From: Macrostomum hystrix
Taxonomy: Eukaryota; Animalia; Platyhelminthes
Length of the DNA stretch: 64,000 bases
Reading direction: 5' to 3'
Assembly (NCBI GenBank): GCA_950097015.1
Contig: CATNEN010000029.1
Location: forward strand, 3,844,001-3,908,000
In this document: piece after piece, positions 31,794 through 44,239 of the stretch
Layout of the letters: each line of letters opens with the position of its first letter
Position numbering within the stretch: the first letter of the stretch is position 1
Translations under genes and position numbers: made by a program
The notes under the pieces: model-generated
The model's input: only the letters and a program-made list of their open reading frames with translations
Database searches by the model: none
Told to the model about the DNA's origin: nothing

Positions 31794-33198
31794 GAAGCCT
31801 ATTATAACAACAAGTCGAATCGTTATCGTTGATTGTAGTATGCGGGAGACTCACCTAGCCACATTATTAGTTTGCGCACTGATTTCTTTCATGCCTACCC
31901 TAACTACATACTGCGCTGCATTCTGTTTCGTGCATCTTTTTTCGTGTCGCTTTCGAACGCATCTTGACCCGTTTTTTGGTCTGCCAGTTGAGTCCGCTTA
32001 TGATTAACAGTTTATCTTAAACACTCACCCTCAGCCAGCTTCGGGATATTTTAGTCTTAGTTGTAACTGGGCAACATTCTCACTATCAGCCTATATAGGC
32101 GGGCTGTTGTCATGGCAACTGTTTATGCCAGACCGTTTGTAAGAATGCCACTGTTTGATTACTGATCTATTGTTCAGTCATTTCTATACAGCCTTATATT
32201 ACAGCCTCTTATAGATGGCTCTTAGTAACTAGGCGGGACTAAATAAGTTTTTATTTCATAATAATTTGCTCTTTGTTTTATTTTTATTGTTGCTTAACAA
32301 CTTTACTTAGTAACCTTCTATATATATATATTTGACAGAACTAATTTTGAAGTAACATATTTATATTTGAGTATATATATTTCCGCTAGTTTTTCCCCGC
32401 CTATTTTCCAACCCCGTTGGCATGTCGCATTCTGTTCAGATGTACATTCAAATATTATATTCAATATGTTATTATTCAATAGTTAAAAAGGGTAATTAGT
32501 TTTCCTAAAACTAATTAACAGGTGTCCCAAGCGAAATGATGAATGTTACTTCTTATAAGTTGTGCTCAACCTGAAATATTTTAAATGCCATTTTAATGGG
32601 ACACTCGTTAATTTACAATGACCGCAAAGTTTCTTGCTTTCCACATCTGCCCACACTGTAATTGCTCTTCTTTAATTCTTAATTCTTTTTCTGCTTTGCG
32701 CCCTGTTCCTGTTTGTTCGATTGTTCTGTTAACAATGCTTCGTTTGTGGGCACTTTCTGTATGCGAAATTAATCAGTAACAAAAGTACTTTACAAAGATT
32801 TGACACTGCTTTGAAGAACACGTGAATTAATAAAAATGTGGAAATTCAGATTTGGGAATCAACAATGTTGTTTAGCGCATCTAAATACAGATGTCGATGC
32901 ACCGCGTTGGACTGCTTGTGACAGCTGCTCTTTTGACGACGGCTCTAATTTTGGGTGGCCTTCTTATATATATCTTCATTTTGACTATATTTATGTCTAG
33001 CCCAAGATTTGAATAACAAGTTCAGGTAGCCACTCCCAAGTGTCCTCTAACCAATTATCCCAACTGATGATTATCTAAAGGAAGATAACTATAGTTTTAG
33101 AATGTGCTTTATTAGAAAATCGATCCCTGCAGCTTTTTAGACAGATGATCCACGGTTTTGTTTTCTGGAAAGATTTTTCCCTTGTGTGTTTCATTTCC

Positions 33199-33352
33199 AG
33201 ATTATCCCCACGTGGATTTATTAGGCAGATTATTCCCATGTTGATTCCATAGGCAGATTATCGCCACCATGTTTTATTACGTAAATTATATCCATGTTGA
33301 TTAATTAGGTAGATTATCCCATGTTGATTTATTAGGTAGATTATCCCCATAG
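33199..33352. repeat. Degenerate ~28-bp repeat (TTAGGCAGATTATCCCATGTTGATT) upstream of NOP56
   Basis: About six imperfect copies. Confidence 0.65.
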
Positions 33353-33488
33353 ATGTTTTTAAGCTAATTTTTACGAAGTCCTTTTATTGGAAGATTAATT
33401 CTAGTCGTCTTTTTATCCGCACAGATTCACTAGTTTTGTCAAATTTCCCTCAACTAAGCTGGCGCCCTCACCCCACTCTGCAGCGCTC

Positions 33489-36400
33489 ATGTCGGCCGAG
33501 CCAGTGTACCTGCTGTTCGAGCACGCCAGCGGCTATGCCCTTCTCCAGGTGAAGGAGACCGAGGAGCTGGGCCTGATCTCAGCCCAGGCTGAGGCTGCTG
33601 GCTCGGATGTTGGCAAATTCAATTCGCTAGTGAAGCTAGTCGCCTACTCGCCGTTTAAAAGCTCGCTTAGCGCGCTAGAGAATGGCAACGCCATCTCGGA
33701 GGGCGTGCTACACGACGAGCTGCGCGCCTTCTTGCAGAACAATCTGCCCAAGTCTGGCCGGCCATTGCTGGGCGTGGCCCACACTAAACTGGCCGACTCC
33801 ATCAAGGAGGAGCTGGGAGTCCGCTGCAGCGCTGCCGGCTCCTTTCCCGAGCTCACCCGTTGCTGTCGGCAGCACTTTCCCAAACTGGTGCGCGGTCTAT
33901 CGCTGGTGGCCGAGAACAAGGCCCAGATTGGCCTGGCTCACGGTTACAGCCGTGCCAAGCTTAAGTTCAATGTTAACCGGGCCGACAATATGATCATCCA
34001 GGCTATTAACCTGTTGGACCAGCTAGACAAGGACATCAACACCTTCGCCATGAGAGTGCGCGAGTGGTCAGTAGTGGCCGCTATCTACTCAAGTCATTGG
34101 GCCATATCTAGCTTGGCCGCTATCTCCTCCCAGACATTGTGCCATATTTAGCTTGGCCGCTATCTCCTCCCAGACACTGTGCCATATTTAGCTTGGCCGC
34201 TATCTCCTCCCAGACATTGTGCCATATTTAGCTTGGCCGCTATCTCCTCCCAGTCATTGTGCCATATTTAGCTTGGCTGCTATCCCCTCCCAGTCTTTGT
34301 GCCATATTTAGCTTGGCTGCTATCCCCTCCCAGTCTTTGTGCCATATTTAGCTTGGCCGCTATCTCCTCCCAGACATTGTGCCATATTTAGCTTGGCCGC
34401 TATCCCCTCCCAGACATTGTGCCATATTTAGCTTGGCCGCTATCTCCTCCCAGACATTGTGCCATATTTAGCTTGGCCGCTATCTCCTCCCAGACATTGT
34501 GCCATATTTAGCTTGGCCGCTATCTCCTCCCAGACATTGTGCCATATTTAGCTTGGCCGCTAATAATGTAAATCATCTTCGATTCTCGTTTTGCCAGCGT
34601 AAATCGAACACTGTGAAATTGAATATTTTACTTTTAGGTACGGCTACCACTTTCCTGAGCTGGTGCGCCTAGTAACAGACAACCCAACCTACGTGGCCGT
34701 GGCCTCCTGTGTCGGCGATCGCAAGCAGTACCTGGCCGAACCAAAGACGGACGAGTTGGAAGGCATTGTGCAGGACACGGCCAAAGCTGAGGCTATTCAC
34801 GACGCTATGCGCTCCTCAATGGGCATGGATATCTCCGAGATCGACCTGGCCCAGATTCGCCACTTTGCCAGCCGCATCTCGGCCATGATGGGACGCCGAC
34901 GCGAGCTTCACGCCTATCTTATCGACAAGATGACTCTTGTGGCGCCTAATCTGTCCACCTTGATTGGCGACCAGGTAGCTGCCAGACTGATCGCTCACGC
35001 TGGATCCCTAGTCAATCTGGCCAAATTCCCGGCCTCCACCGTGCAAATTCTGGGCGCCGAGAAGGCCCTGTTCCGTGCGCTGAAGACTCGCGGCAACACG
35101 CCCAAATACGGCCTGATCTTTCACTCAACTTTCATCGGCAAGGCGGCGAGAGAGCACAAGGGCCGGGTTTCGCGCTATCTCGCCAGCAAGGTATGTGTTG
35201 AAGTTTAATATTAGCAGCCTGGGATTCAGTGTTCACAATCTGAGATACAATATTCACGATCTGAGATACGGTATTCACAATCTGAGATATGGTTTTCACA
35301 ATCTGAGATATGGTATTCACAATCTGAGATTCGGTATTCACAATCTGAGATACGGTATTCACAATCTGTGATTCGGTATTCACAATCTGTGATTCGGTAT
35401 TCACAATCTGAGATATGGTATTCACAATCTGAAATATGGTATTCACAATCTGAAATATGGTATTCACAATCTGAGATATGGTATTCACAATCTGAGATAT
35501 GGTATTCACAATCTGTGATTCGGTATTCACAATCTGAGATACGGTATTCACAATCTGAGATACGGTATTCACAATCTGAGATACGGTATTCACAATCTGA
35601 GATTCGGTATTCACAATCTGAGATTCGGTATTCACAATCTGAGATATGGTATTCACAATCTGAGATTCGGTTTTCACAATCTGAGATACGGTATTCACAA
35701 TCTGAGATACGGTATTCACAATCTGTGATTCGGTATTCACAATCTGAAATATGGTATTCACAATCTGAGATATGGTATTCACAATCTGAGATACGGTATT
35801 CACAATCTGAGATACGGTATTCACAATCTGAGATACGGTATTCACAATCTGAGATTCGGTTTTCACAATCTGATTCGGTATTCACAATCTGAGATTCGGT
35901 TTTCACAATCTGAGATACGGTTTTCACAATCTGAGATACGGTATTCACAATCTGAGATTCGGTTTTCACAATCTGAGATATGGTATTCACAATCTGAGAT
36001 ATGGTATTCACAATCTGAGATATGGTATTCACAATCTGAGATATGGTATTCACAATCTGAGATATGGTATTCACAATCTGAGATATGGTATTCACAATCT
36101 GAGATTCGGTATTCACAATCTGAGATATGGTATTCACAATCTGAGATTCGGTTTTCACAATCTGAGATTCGGTTTTCACAATCTGAGATACGGTTTTCAC
36201 AATCTGAGATACGGTATTCACAATCTGAGATTCGGTTTTCACAATCTGAGATATGGTATTCACAATCTGAGATATGGTATTCACAATCTGAGATATGGTA
36301 TTCACAATCTGAGATTCGGTATTCACAATCTGAGATACGGTATTCACAATCTGAGATATGGTATTCACAATCTGAGATTCGGTATTCACAATCTGAGATA

Positions 36401-37578
36401 CGGTATTCACAATCTGAGATTCGGTATTCACAATCTGAGATATGGTATTCACAATCTGAGATTCGGTTTTCACAATCTGATTCGGTATTCACAATCTGAG
36501 ATTCGGTTTTCACAATCTGAGATACGGTATTCACAATCTGAGATTCGGTATTCACAATCTGAGATATGGTATTCACAATCTGAGATATGGTATTCACAAT
36601 CTGAGATATGGTATTCACAATCTGAGATTCGGTATTCACAATCTGAGATATGGTTTTCACAATCTGAGATACGGTATTCACAATCTGAGATTCGGTATTC
36701 ACAATCTGAGATTCGGTATTCACAATCTGAGATATGGTATTCACAATCTGAGATTCGGTTTTCACAATCTGAGATTCGGTATTCACAATCTGAGATACGG
36801 TATTCACAATCTGAGATTCGGTATTCACAATCTGAGATATGGTATTCACAATCTGAGATATGGTATTCACAATCTGAGATTCGGTATTCACAATCTGAGA
36901 TTCGGTATTCACAATCTGAGATATGGTATTCACAATCTGAGATTCGGTTTTCACAATCTGAGATACGGTATTCACAATCTGAGATATGGTATTCACAATC
37001 GGAAATTCAAAACGAGTCAAATCAAGAAAATGCACATACCCACCTTGCTACTTGTGAGTAGAGGAGTTTAAAAGATTATATTATCAACAACCATCTTCGC
37101 GCAGGCGTCCATAGCAACGCGTATCGACGCATTCAGCGAGGTGCCAACCAACGTGTTCGGCGACCACCTGAGGCGCCAGGTTGAGAACCGGCTGACCTTC
37201 CTGGCCAGCGGCGAGAATCCGCCCAAGAATGCTGAGGTGATGGCAGCCGCAGTTGTTGAGGCCACGGCCGCCTCCAGCCGCCTGCTGCGCAAGCTCAAAC
37301 GCAAGGAGAAAAAGAAGAAGCGCGAGAGGGATAGCCAAATGGCCCAGCTGGCCGTTGTCGATCCGGGCGTCGATGTTGACATTGGCAACGGCAACGGCGA
37401 AGTCGACGATAGTCCCAAGCTGAAGAAGAAGGCTAAAAAGCGAACGAAGAGCGAGACGTCGGTTGACATAGACAAAGACCAGGTTGTGACTGTTATCGCA
37501 GACGAGCCGCCGTCTGCCAAAAAGAAGAAGAAGAACAAGAAGATTAGGGGCACCGGCGATGGCATTGAGCTGGGGTGA
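33489..37578 (+). CDS. NOP56: Nucleolar protein 56 (534 aa); exons 33489-34066, 34638-35190, 37105-37578
   Basis: [19 protein letters not shown]-type [63 protein letters not shown] and a Lys-rich tail. Phases are consistent. Confidence 0.97.
34076..34561. repeat. 40-bp intronic minisatellite
   Basis: About 12 copies of TAGCTTGGCCGCTATCTCCTCCCAGACATTGTGCCATATT. Confidence 0.96.
35218..36999. repeat. 21-bp intronic minisatellite (CACAATCTGAGAT(A/T)(C/T)GGTATT)
   Basis: About 85 copies. Confidence 0.97.
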
Positions 37579-38106
37579 CCAGTTTTCATAATGGGACACT
37601 CACTCCTCGGCCTGTACATAGTCTGAATTGCATTGAGAATTAACAAGTTCGCATTCTTTGTGCCGTTTTTTCAAGTCATTAGAAAGCTTAAATAAAACAA
37701 AGACTGCGCGCTTTTACTTTCCTAGCACTGAATTATGATAATACCTAAGCTATGACTTGTCAGCTAAAAGCTGCCGCTGCTGTTGCTGTTATCGTGTGTT
37801 GGAAGAATTATAACAGCAAAATATACACACTTCGATGTGTCATCTGGTCTACAGAATCTTCTCTCTCACCCTCTCCCTTCTGTAACGACCAGGCATTTTT
37901 GCGCTTGCGTACCAAATTCTGGATTGAAGAAAAACATTGACAGTCTTTTACTGCAGACTGATATGGCTGTTTGAGTGGGTTATTTGTATTAGGCTTCAAT
38001 CATTAACTGGATACCATGTGCGACCGCGCGCTCACAGCCTGAAATTCAGTATTTACAATAGAATATTGTCTTTTTACAGCTTGAAATTCAATATATACAC
38101 AGCTTA

Positions 38107-39449
38107 TGATTCGGTATTCACAGTCTGAGATTCAGTATTCACAGCTTGGGATTCGGTATTCACAGTCTAGGATTCAGTATTCACAGCTTGGGATTCAGTA
38201 TTCACAGCTTGGGATTCAGTATTCACAGCTTGGGATTCAGTATTCACAGCTTGGGATTCAGTATTCACAGCTTGGGATTCAGTATTCACAGCTTGGGATT
38301 CGGTATTCACAGTCTAGGATTCAGTATTCACAGCTTGGGATTCGGTATTCACAGTCTAGGATTCAGTATTCACAGCTTGGGATTCGGTATTCACAGTCTA
38401 GGATTCAGTATTCACAGCTTGGGATTCGGTATTCACAGTCTAGGATTCAGTATTCACAGCTTGGGATTCGGTATTCACAGTCTAGGATTCAGTATTCACA
38501 GTATGGGTTTCAGTATTCACAGCTTGGGATTCGGTATTCACAGCTTGGGATTCGGTATTCACGGCTTGGGATTCAGTATTCACAGCTTGGGATTCAGTAT
38601 TCACAGTATGGGTTTCAGTATTCACAGCTTGGGATTCAGTATTCACAGTATGGGATTCAGTATTCACAGCTTGGGATTCAGTATTCACAGTATGGGTTTC
38701 AGTATTCACAGCTTGGGATTCAGTATTCACAGTATGGGTTTCAGTATTCACAGCTTGGGATTCGGTATTCACAGTATGGGTTTCAGTATTCACAGCTTGG
38801 GATTCGGTATTCACAGCTTGGGATTCGGTATTCACAGCTTGGGATTCGGTATTCACAGCTTGGGATTCAGTATTCACAGTATGGGTTTCAGTATTCACAG
38901 CTTGGGATTCAGTATTCACAGTATGGGTTTCAGTATTCACAGCTTGGGATTCGGTATTCACAGCTTGGGATTCGGTATTCACAGCTTGGGATTCGGTATT
39001 CACAGCTTGGGATTCGGTATTCACAGCTTGGGATTCAGTATTCACAGTATGGGTTTCAGTATTCACAGCTTGGGATTCAGTATTCACAGTATGGGTTTCA
39101 GTATTCACAGCTTGGGATTCGGTATTCACAGCTTGGGATTCGGTATTCACAGCTTGGGATTCGGTATTCACAGCTTGGGATTCGGTATTCACAGCTTGGG
39201 ATTCGGTATTCACAGCTTGGGGTTCGGTATTCACAGCTTGGGATTCGGTATTCACAGCTTGGGATTCGGTATTCACAGCTTGGGGTTCGGTATTCACAGC
39301 TTGGGATTCGGTATTCACAGTCTAGGATTAAGTATTCACAGCTTGGGATTCAGTATTCACAGTCTGGGTTTCAGTATTCACAGCTTGGGATTCGGTATTC
39401 ACAGCTTGGGATTCGGTATTCACAGCTTGGGATTCGGTATTCACAGTCT
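38107..39449. repeat. 21-bp minisatellite (CACAGCTTGGGATTC(G/A)GTATT)
   Basis: About 64 copies; related to the intronic array. Confidence 0.97.
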
Positions 39450-40751
39450 AGTTGCTATGTGAGTCAGGCGAGCTCTGCGATACATGTAGTTGTTGATATT
39501 TTGGATGAGTCATCAACTTAACTTAGTCACTCTGAAGCTGACATGCATCGGGTTAGTGATTATATTTGCCTTTTGAATGACTAGACACTTGCAAATTGCA
39601 ATTTCCATTACAGGATTCTGATGTATTTATGTCAGTGGACCACTTGGCATTTGTTGTCATATATTTGACGAACATCTATAAAATATCTAGCTTTATCTTT
39701 ATAAAAAATGCTGACATGACAAAAGATGCAGTCCACGCATGTACTGTCATCGCTTGTTCAGTCCATTAAATCGAACTCCCGACCTGAAGTCCAAAGCTCT
39801 GACCACTGGACAGCAAGTTCATTTTCAAGCTGTCCTACAACACAAGCGACAGAAAACGTGTGCATTTCAGTTGCAGTGTGCGTGCAAACTGCTTTGTAAG
39901 CTCATTCCTAATGACATTGTATTGTTCAGCCAGACAGACAGCTCACAGCCAGGAATTCTAAAAATAGAATCTATGTGGGACTATCGGTGCTCCATTTAGG
40001 ACTCCTTGACCCTACGTACGAGTAGAAAGACCAGAAGATTAGAGAATAGCAATTTTAGAGAATCCAGTCTCTTGCCTACCCACAATTTCCTATAGCGGCC
40101 CTTCATACTTTGAACTCAGAAGTCCGCAGTTTCGACAGAATAAGAATGCAGTCTTAAGAAAATTCTTTCCAGCTGTTCTATCACTCCGCGGCGTAAATGG
40201 AATAAGCATTAATGTACCATTCTCAAGGTAAGTGTGTGCTTTACGCTCGTACTTACCTCGCCTTAAAGGCAGTCTGTAACCATGTTCTGTTCCTCAGGTC
40301 ATTGAGACTGACCTCCCCGGATCATTGCAGTTATTGAGACTGACCTCCCCGGTTATTGAGGCTAAACTCCACAGTTATAGAGGCTGACCTCTTTCGGTTA
40401 TTGAGGCTGACATCCCGTTGTCTTTGAATTGATTGAGTCCACATCCCACATCCCTACCATTAAGGCTCAATAAACTCTGATAGTGGTACGATTCCATATT
40501 CAGAGTTAATTAAAACTTGGACTGCTAAAGATTTTGTGCACCATAATTACCACAAGGGCGCTTTATTCGTGCAACCAAACGTCGTCGATCAATGAAAAAC
40601 GGACAGGATAATGCAATTAACGGAAAGCAAACTGCCTGTATGCAGGACAGTATAAAGGCCCAGTATAAGTCTAATTACTTGTGTGTGAAGTCATGATTTA
40701 TTTTATTCAAAGCGCTCTAGGTTATGGCTTATAGGTTATAACAATGTACAG

Positions 40752-41440
40752 TTAAAGCTCCCAAGCCAGGCGTGCAGACTGAAAGCCTCCATCAGCCAGG
40801 TCATCACATGCTGGTGACCGCCTCCGACACCGGTGGTTCGTCGCCCGTCCCGTCTTCAGGTGGGGCTCCGGCTGACTCCACTGTGCACTCTTGCCAGTCT
40901 CGCCATAGCATTTGGTGTCCAGATGCGAATGTCCGAGCTGGCCTGGACGCCTGTTCCAGCGCCGACTCCTGTTGTCGATGGCGGTTACCGACGAGCGACG
41001 GCATGAGCAGGTCCAGCCGACATCGCATTGTGCGCACCGTATTCCGACACTAGCGTCCGTGGCAGACCTTGCCGTGCGAAGATCTCGCGAAGGCAGCTGA
41101 TGGTTGCCGCGGAAGGCAGCTGCTTGACCTCCGGCTATACTTTCTGTGCGCATCGATGAGCACGAAGAAAGAGCGTCCGTCGACGGGGCCGGCAAAGTTA
41201 ACGTGAAGCTTTGTCCACGGCTCCGAAGGGAAGAGGCACGGGTGCAGTGGCGGATCAGCTTGGCTGAGACGGCAGGAGTCGCACGCCTTGACCGCCTTCT
41301 CCACGTCCTTGTCCAGGCCGGGCCACAACACGCAGCAAAAGACTTTCTGCCGAAGTGCGGATGGCACGATGATCTTGGAGCCCCACAGCAGACAGCCGAT
41401 GGAGAGCTTGTGCTGACGTTCAGCGAAGGGTTCGAGGAAT
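40752..41440 (-). pseudogene. Gypsy/Ty3 LTR-retrotransposon integrase relic
   Basis: GCLLWGSKIIVP, WPGLDKDVEKAVKACDSC and PWTKLHVNFAGPVDG..LIDAH, with deletions and frameshifts; no LTR pair found. Confidence 0.8.
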
Positions 41441-41902
41441 ACAGTCAATGCTAACTCAACACCTAACCCGAGCTGCAAGTATGCAACACGATTCGAGTCC
41501 AAGCACTGTTACGTCTTTTGGTCGTCAGTTGGTTTCACTCTGAGATGGCGCTTTAATTTTAAGCAAGCTTTTATAGCTACGGCTTTTATGCCAAGTATAT
41601 TTCTCCGCGTCTTGCGGTTTTAAGATAGTTTAACGAACGTTCTCTTATCGGCTTGAGCCTTGCGCAGGCTTGCGCATAGATACTCGTATAAAAGAATTAA
41701 ATACACATCAAGCACTCGGAAGCATCTTGAAGGCTTTAGAAGTGTAAAATTTAGGAATTCTTCGCGCAATGAAACTAGAAGCAGTCAAATTATCTGCAGT
41801 CAATTTTCGTATGCTAATTAATTAACATGGCACACAACCTCTCAACCAGGTCATAAATCTAAAAGCCGTTCTTCAGTTGGGAAATGGTTCTTCACAGCAG
41901 CC

Positions 41903-43615
41903 ATGCGCCTTCCGCGAAAGCATCATCTGCTTCTGGCAGCCATCGGTACTGCGTGCTGCATCCTACTGCTGCTGCGGCGTCCACCAGATGGGCCAGCGTT
42001 GCTTTGCAATTCGCCACCCATCATTGTCCCGGGAGGAAGACCGACCATATCGCCAGACGCTGCTTCCAGCACGTCTGCTAAGCCGCCTAGTAAGCAGATG
42101 GACAGATCGCCGGCAAGCAATCCAATCCATATTTCACCGCCCAGCTGTCGTGGCCTACTGGCTGGCCGGACCATAGACATCCATCGGGCGAAAGCCAGAG
42201 GCTCACTCAGGCCGGCCGATTTCATGGAGGACGTCGAGATGACGGCCCTGTCGTGCTCCCAGCTGACTGCTGGCTACTGGACGGGGCCTGTCAGCGACCT
42301 GGAGCTCGGCTTCCCCATCGCATTCAGCGTGGTGGCGCATCGCAGCTTCTACCAGGTCAGCCATCTGGAGCTTCGGCTTGGGCTGTTAAAAGCCAAGCAA
42401 ATTTCATAGATTGCTGATGTGGTTTTCTTCGCAATGAAATCGAACTCGTATATTTGTTTGTGATGCTCGCGAGCAATTAAAAAATAAATTAGTTTGTATT
42501 AGGGCGTTAAATCCCTCTAGCATGCAACTGTACCTTGGCTGGGATCGTGATCACCATAGACACAACTTTTGGGTGCGGATAGTCCTGATAGTCGAAGCCT
42601 TTCAGCGGCCTGATCACCACATCGAAGCCAGCCACTTTTGATTGCTTCGCAGGTGAACCGACTAATGCAGGCTGTGCACCGCTCTCACAACACCTACTGT
42701 CTGCACATCGACTCGAAGTCGTCCGCAAAATTCACGGCAGCGGCCAAGCGCCTGGCCAGCTGCCTCAGCAACCTTGTCCTGGTCGAGTCGCCTGTGGTCT
42801 GGGGTCAGGCTTCTGTCCTGCTGGCCGACTTGCGCTGCTTCAGTGCGCTGCTCTACTCTAACAGGGTGAGTGCATTGTTGCGTGGTCTGAAAATGAGCAG
42901 CTCACTGAATGCTAGAGAGTGTCCCGATGCTTTACAGACGTGGAACTATGTGATCAACCTGACCGGACAGGAGTACCCGATCCGAACCCTCATGGAGATG
43001 GTTCAGATCCTCAAGCTGATGAACGGCAGCAATAACATGGAGCGACTCATCCCAAGAAACTACAATCCCTATCCGAGAATGACCGACGACACGGGCCTGT
43101 CCGACCTGCGCTGGTACAAGGGCTCCGCACACGCCATCATCAGCGGAGCAGCCGTGCGCTACATGCTGGAAGACCGCAGAGCCCAGCTGATCCTGCAGCA
43201 CATTCAGAAGCACTACGTCAACGGTCGGACCATTCCGGACGAGACCTTCTACGCCACCCTCAACCACAACTACGAGCTGCTGGCGTTTCCCGGATCCTAC
43301 ACTGGCAACCTCGTCACGACGAACAGCGAGTACCGTCAGATCTACCGCTACAAGATCTGGTCGCAGAACTGCAGGTCAGGTCTCAGCGTTCGCGGCATCT
43401 GCATCATCGGCGCTGCCGACCTCAAAGACTTCAACTCGAGACCGGAGCTCATCGCCAACAAGATGTACTTCGACTTTCAGAGCGACGCATTCCTCTGCGT
43501 CCAGGAGAGGTTCTGGAACAACACGAAGGCCGACTACGACCCCAGGCTGAAGAAGACCTTTGTTGTTTCGCTAAAATTTTTCTCTGACCTGGAATTTGTC
43601 GTGCAGCATGCATAG
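41903..43615 (+). CDS. GT14 core-2/I-branching beta-1,6-GlcNAc-transferase (GCNT-like) paralog 1 (447 aa); exons 41903-42355, 42653-42865, 42938-43615
   Basis: Type II TM N-terminus, FPIAFSVVAH, YCLHIDSKS, WNYVINLTGQEYP, WYKGSA, IPDETFYATLN, LIANK. Confidence 0.9.
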
Positions 43616-44239
43616 GTCACTTGTTGAAGGACAAATTTGTCAATGGTATGATCTAAATTTTGCTCCCATAATAAAAAAGCATGAGCCGAGGACATGTTTT
43701 CGAATAGAACGAATTCAATCACAAAAAATTAGAGTATGCATTAGCGATCACCATTGTCAGTGTTTGTTTTTGCAACCATTCTAATGGGTTCAAAAATTGT
43801 ACACAGCCTTTCATTCATGACTTTTTAATAGATTTTTTGAGTTGTTTGTTATTGGTTTTCTCACTTTAGTAGCCAGTAGCCCGAAGGACTAAATTTGAGT
43901 CCAGTCTCTTAGTTGACGTTGCATGAGCTTTTCAAATAAGTTTGCTCTATTTTTTAGCATAAAAAGTTTAGCTCGTATGAGCTCGTAAAATAGCCAAGCC
44001 GATTCCAAGATAAGGCATGTTTGCAATCGAGTTGCATGGCTTTTGATTCTGGAAGCTTCTGATAAAGAAGTAAAATGAGCCCCGCTATATTTTAAGGACT
44101 GGCCTAGTGATAGGCTTGTTCATATCAGCGCAAACAAGTGCCCCCAGACTTGTGCTATTGCAGTAAAGTTGTGACTCGTGCAATCAGTTTTAATCACGGA
44201 GCCATTTAGCACCTAGATAAACTACTTTACTCATGCAGC

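Noticed and set aside
34067-37104. Intronic box C/D snoRNAs expected from vertebrate NOP56
   Set aside because: No RTGATGA..CTGA pair with terminal stem seen in the non-repeat parts of the introns.
40680-41640. LTR pair around the Gypsy integrase relic
   Set aside because: The two flanks do not match each other, and no PBS or PPT sits in the right position.
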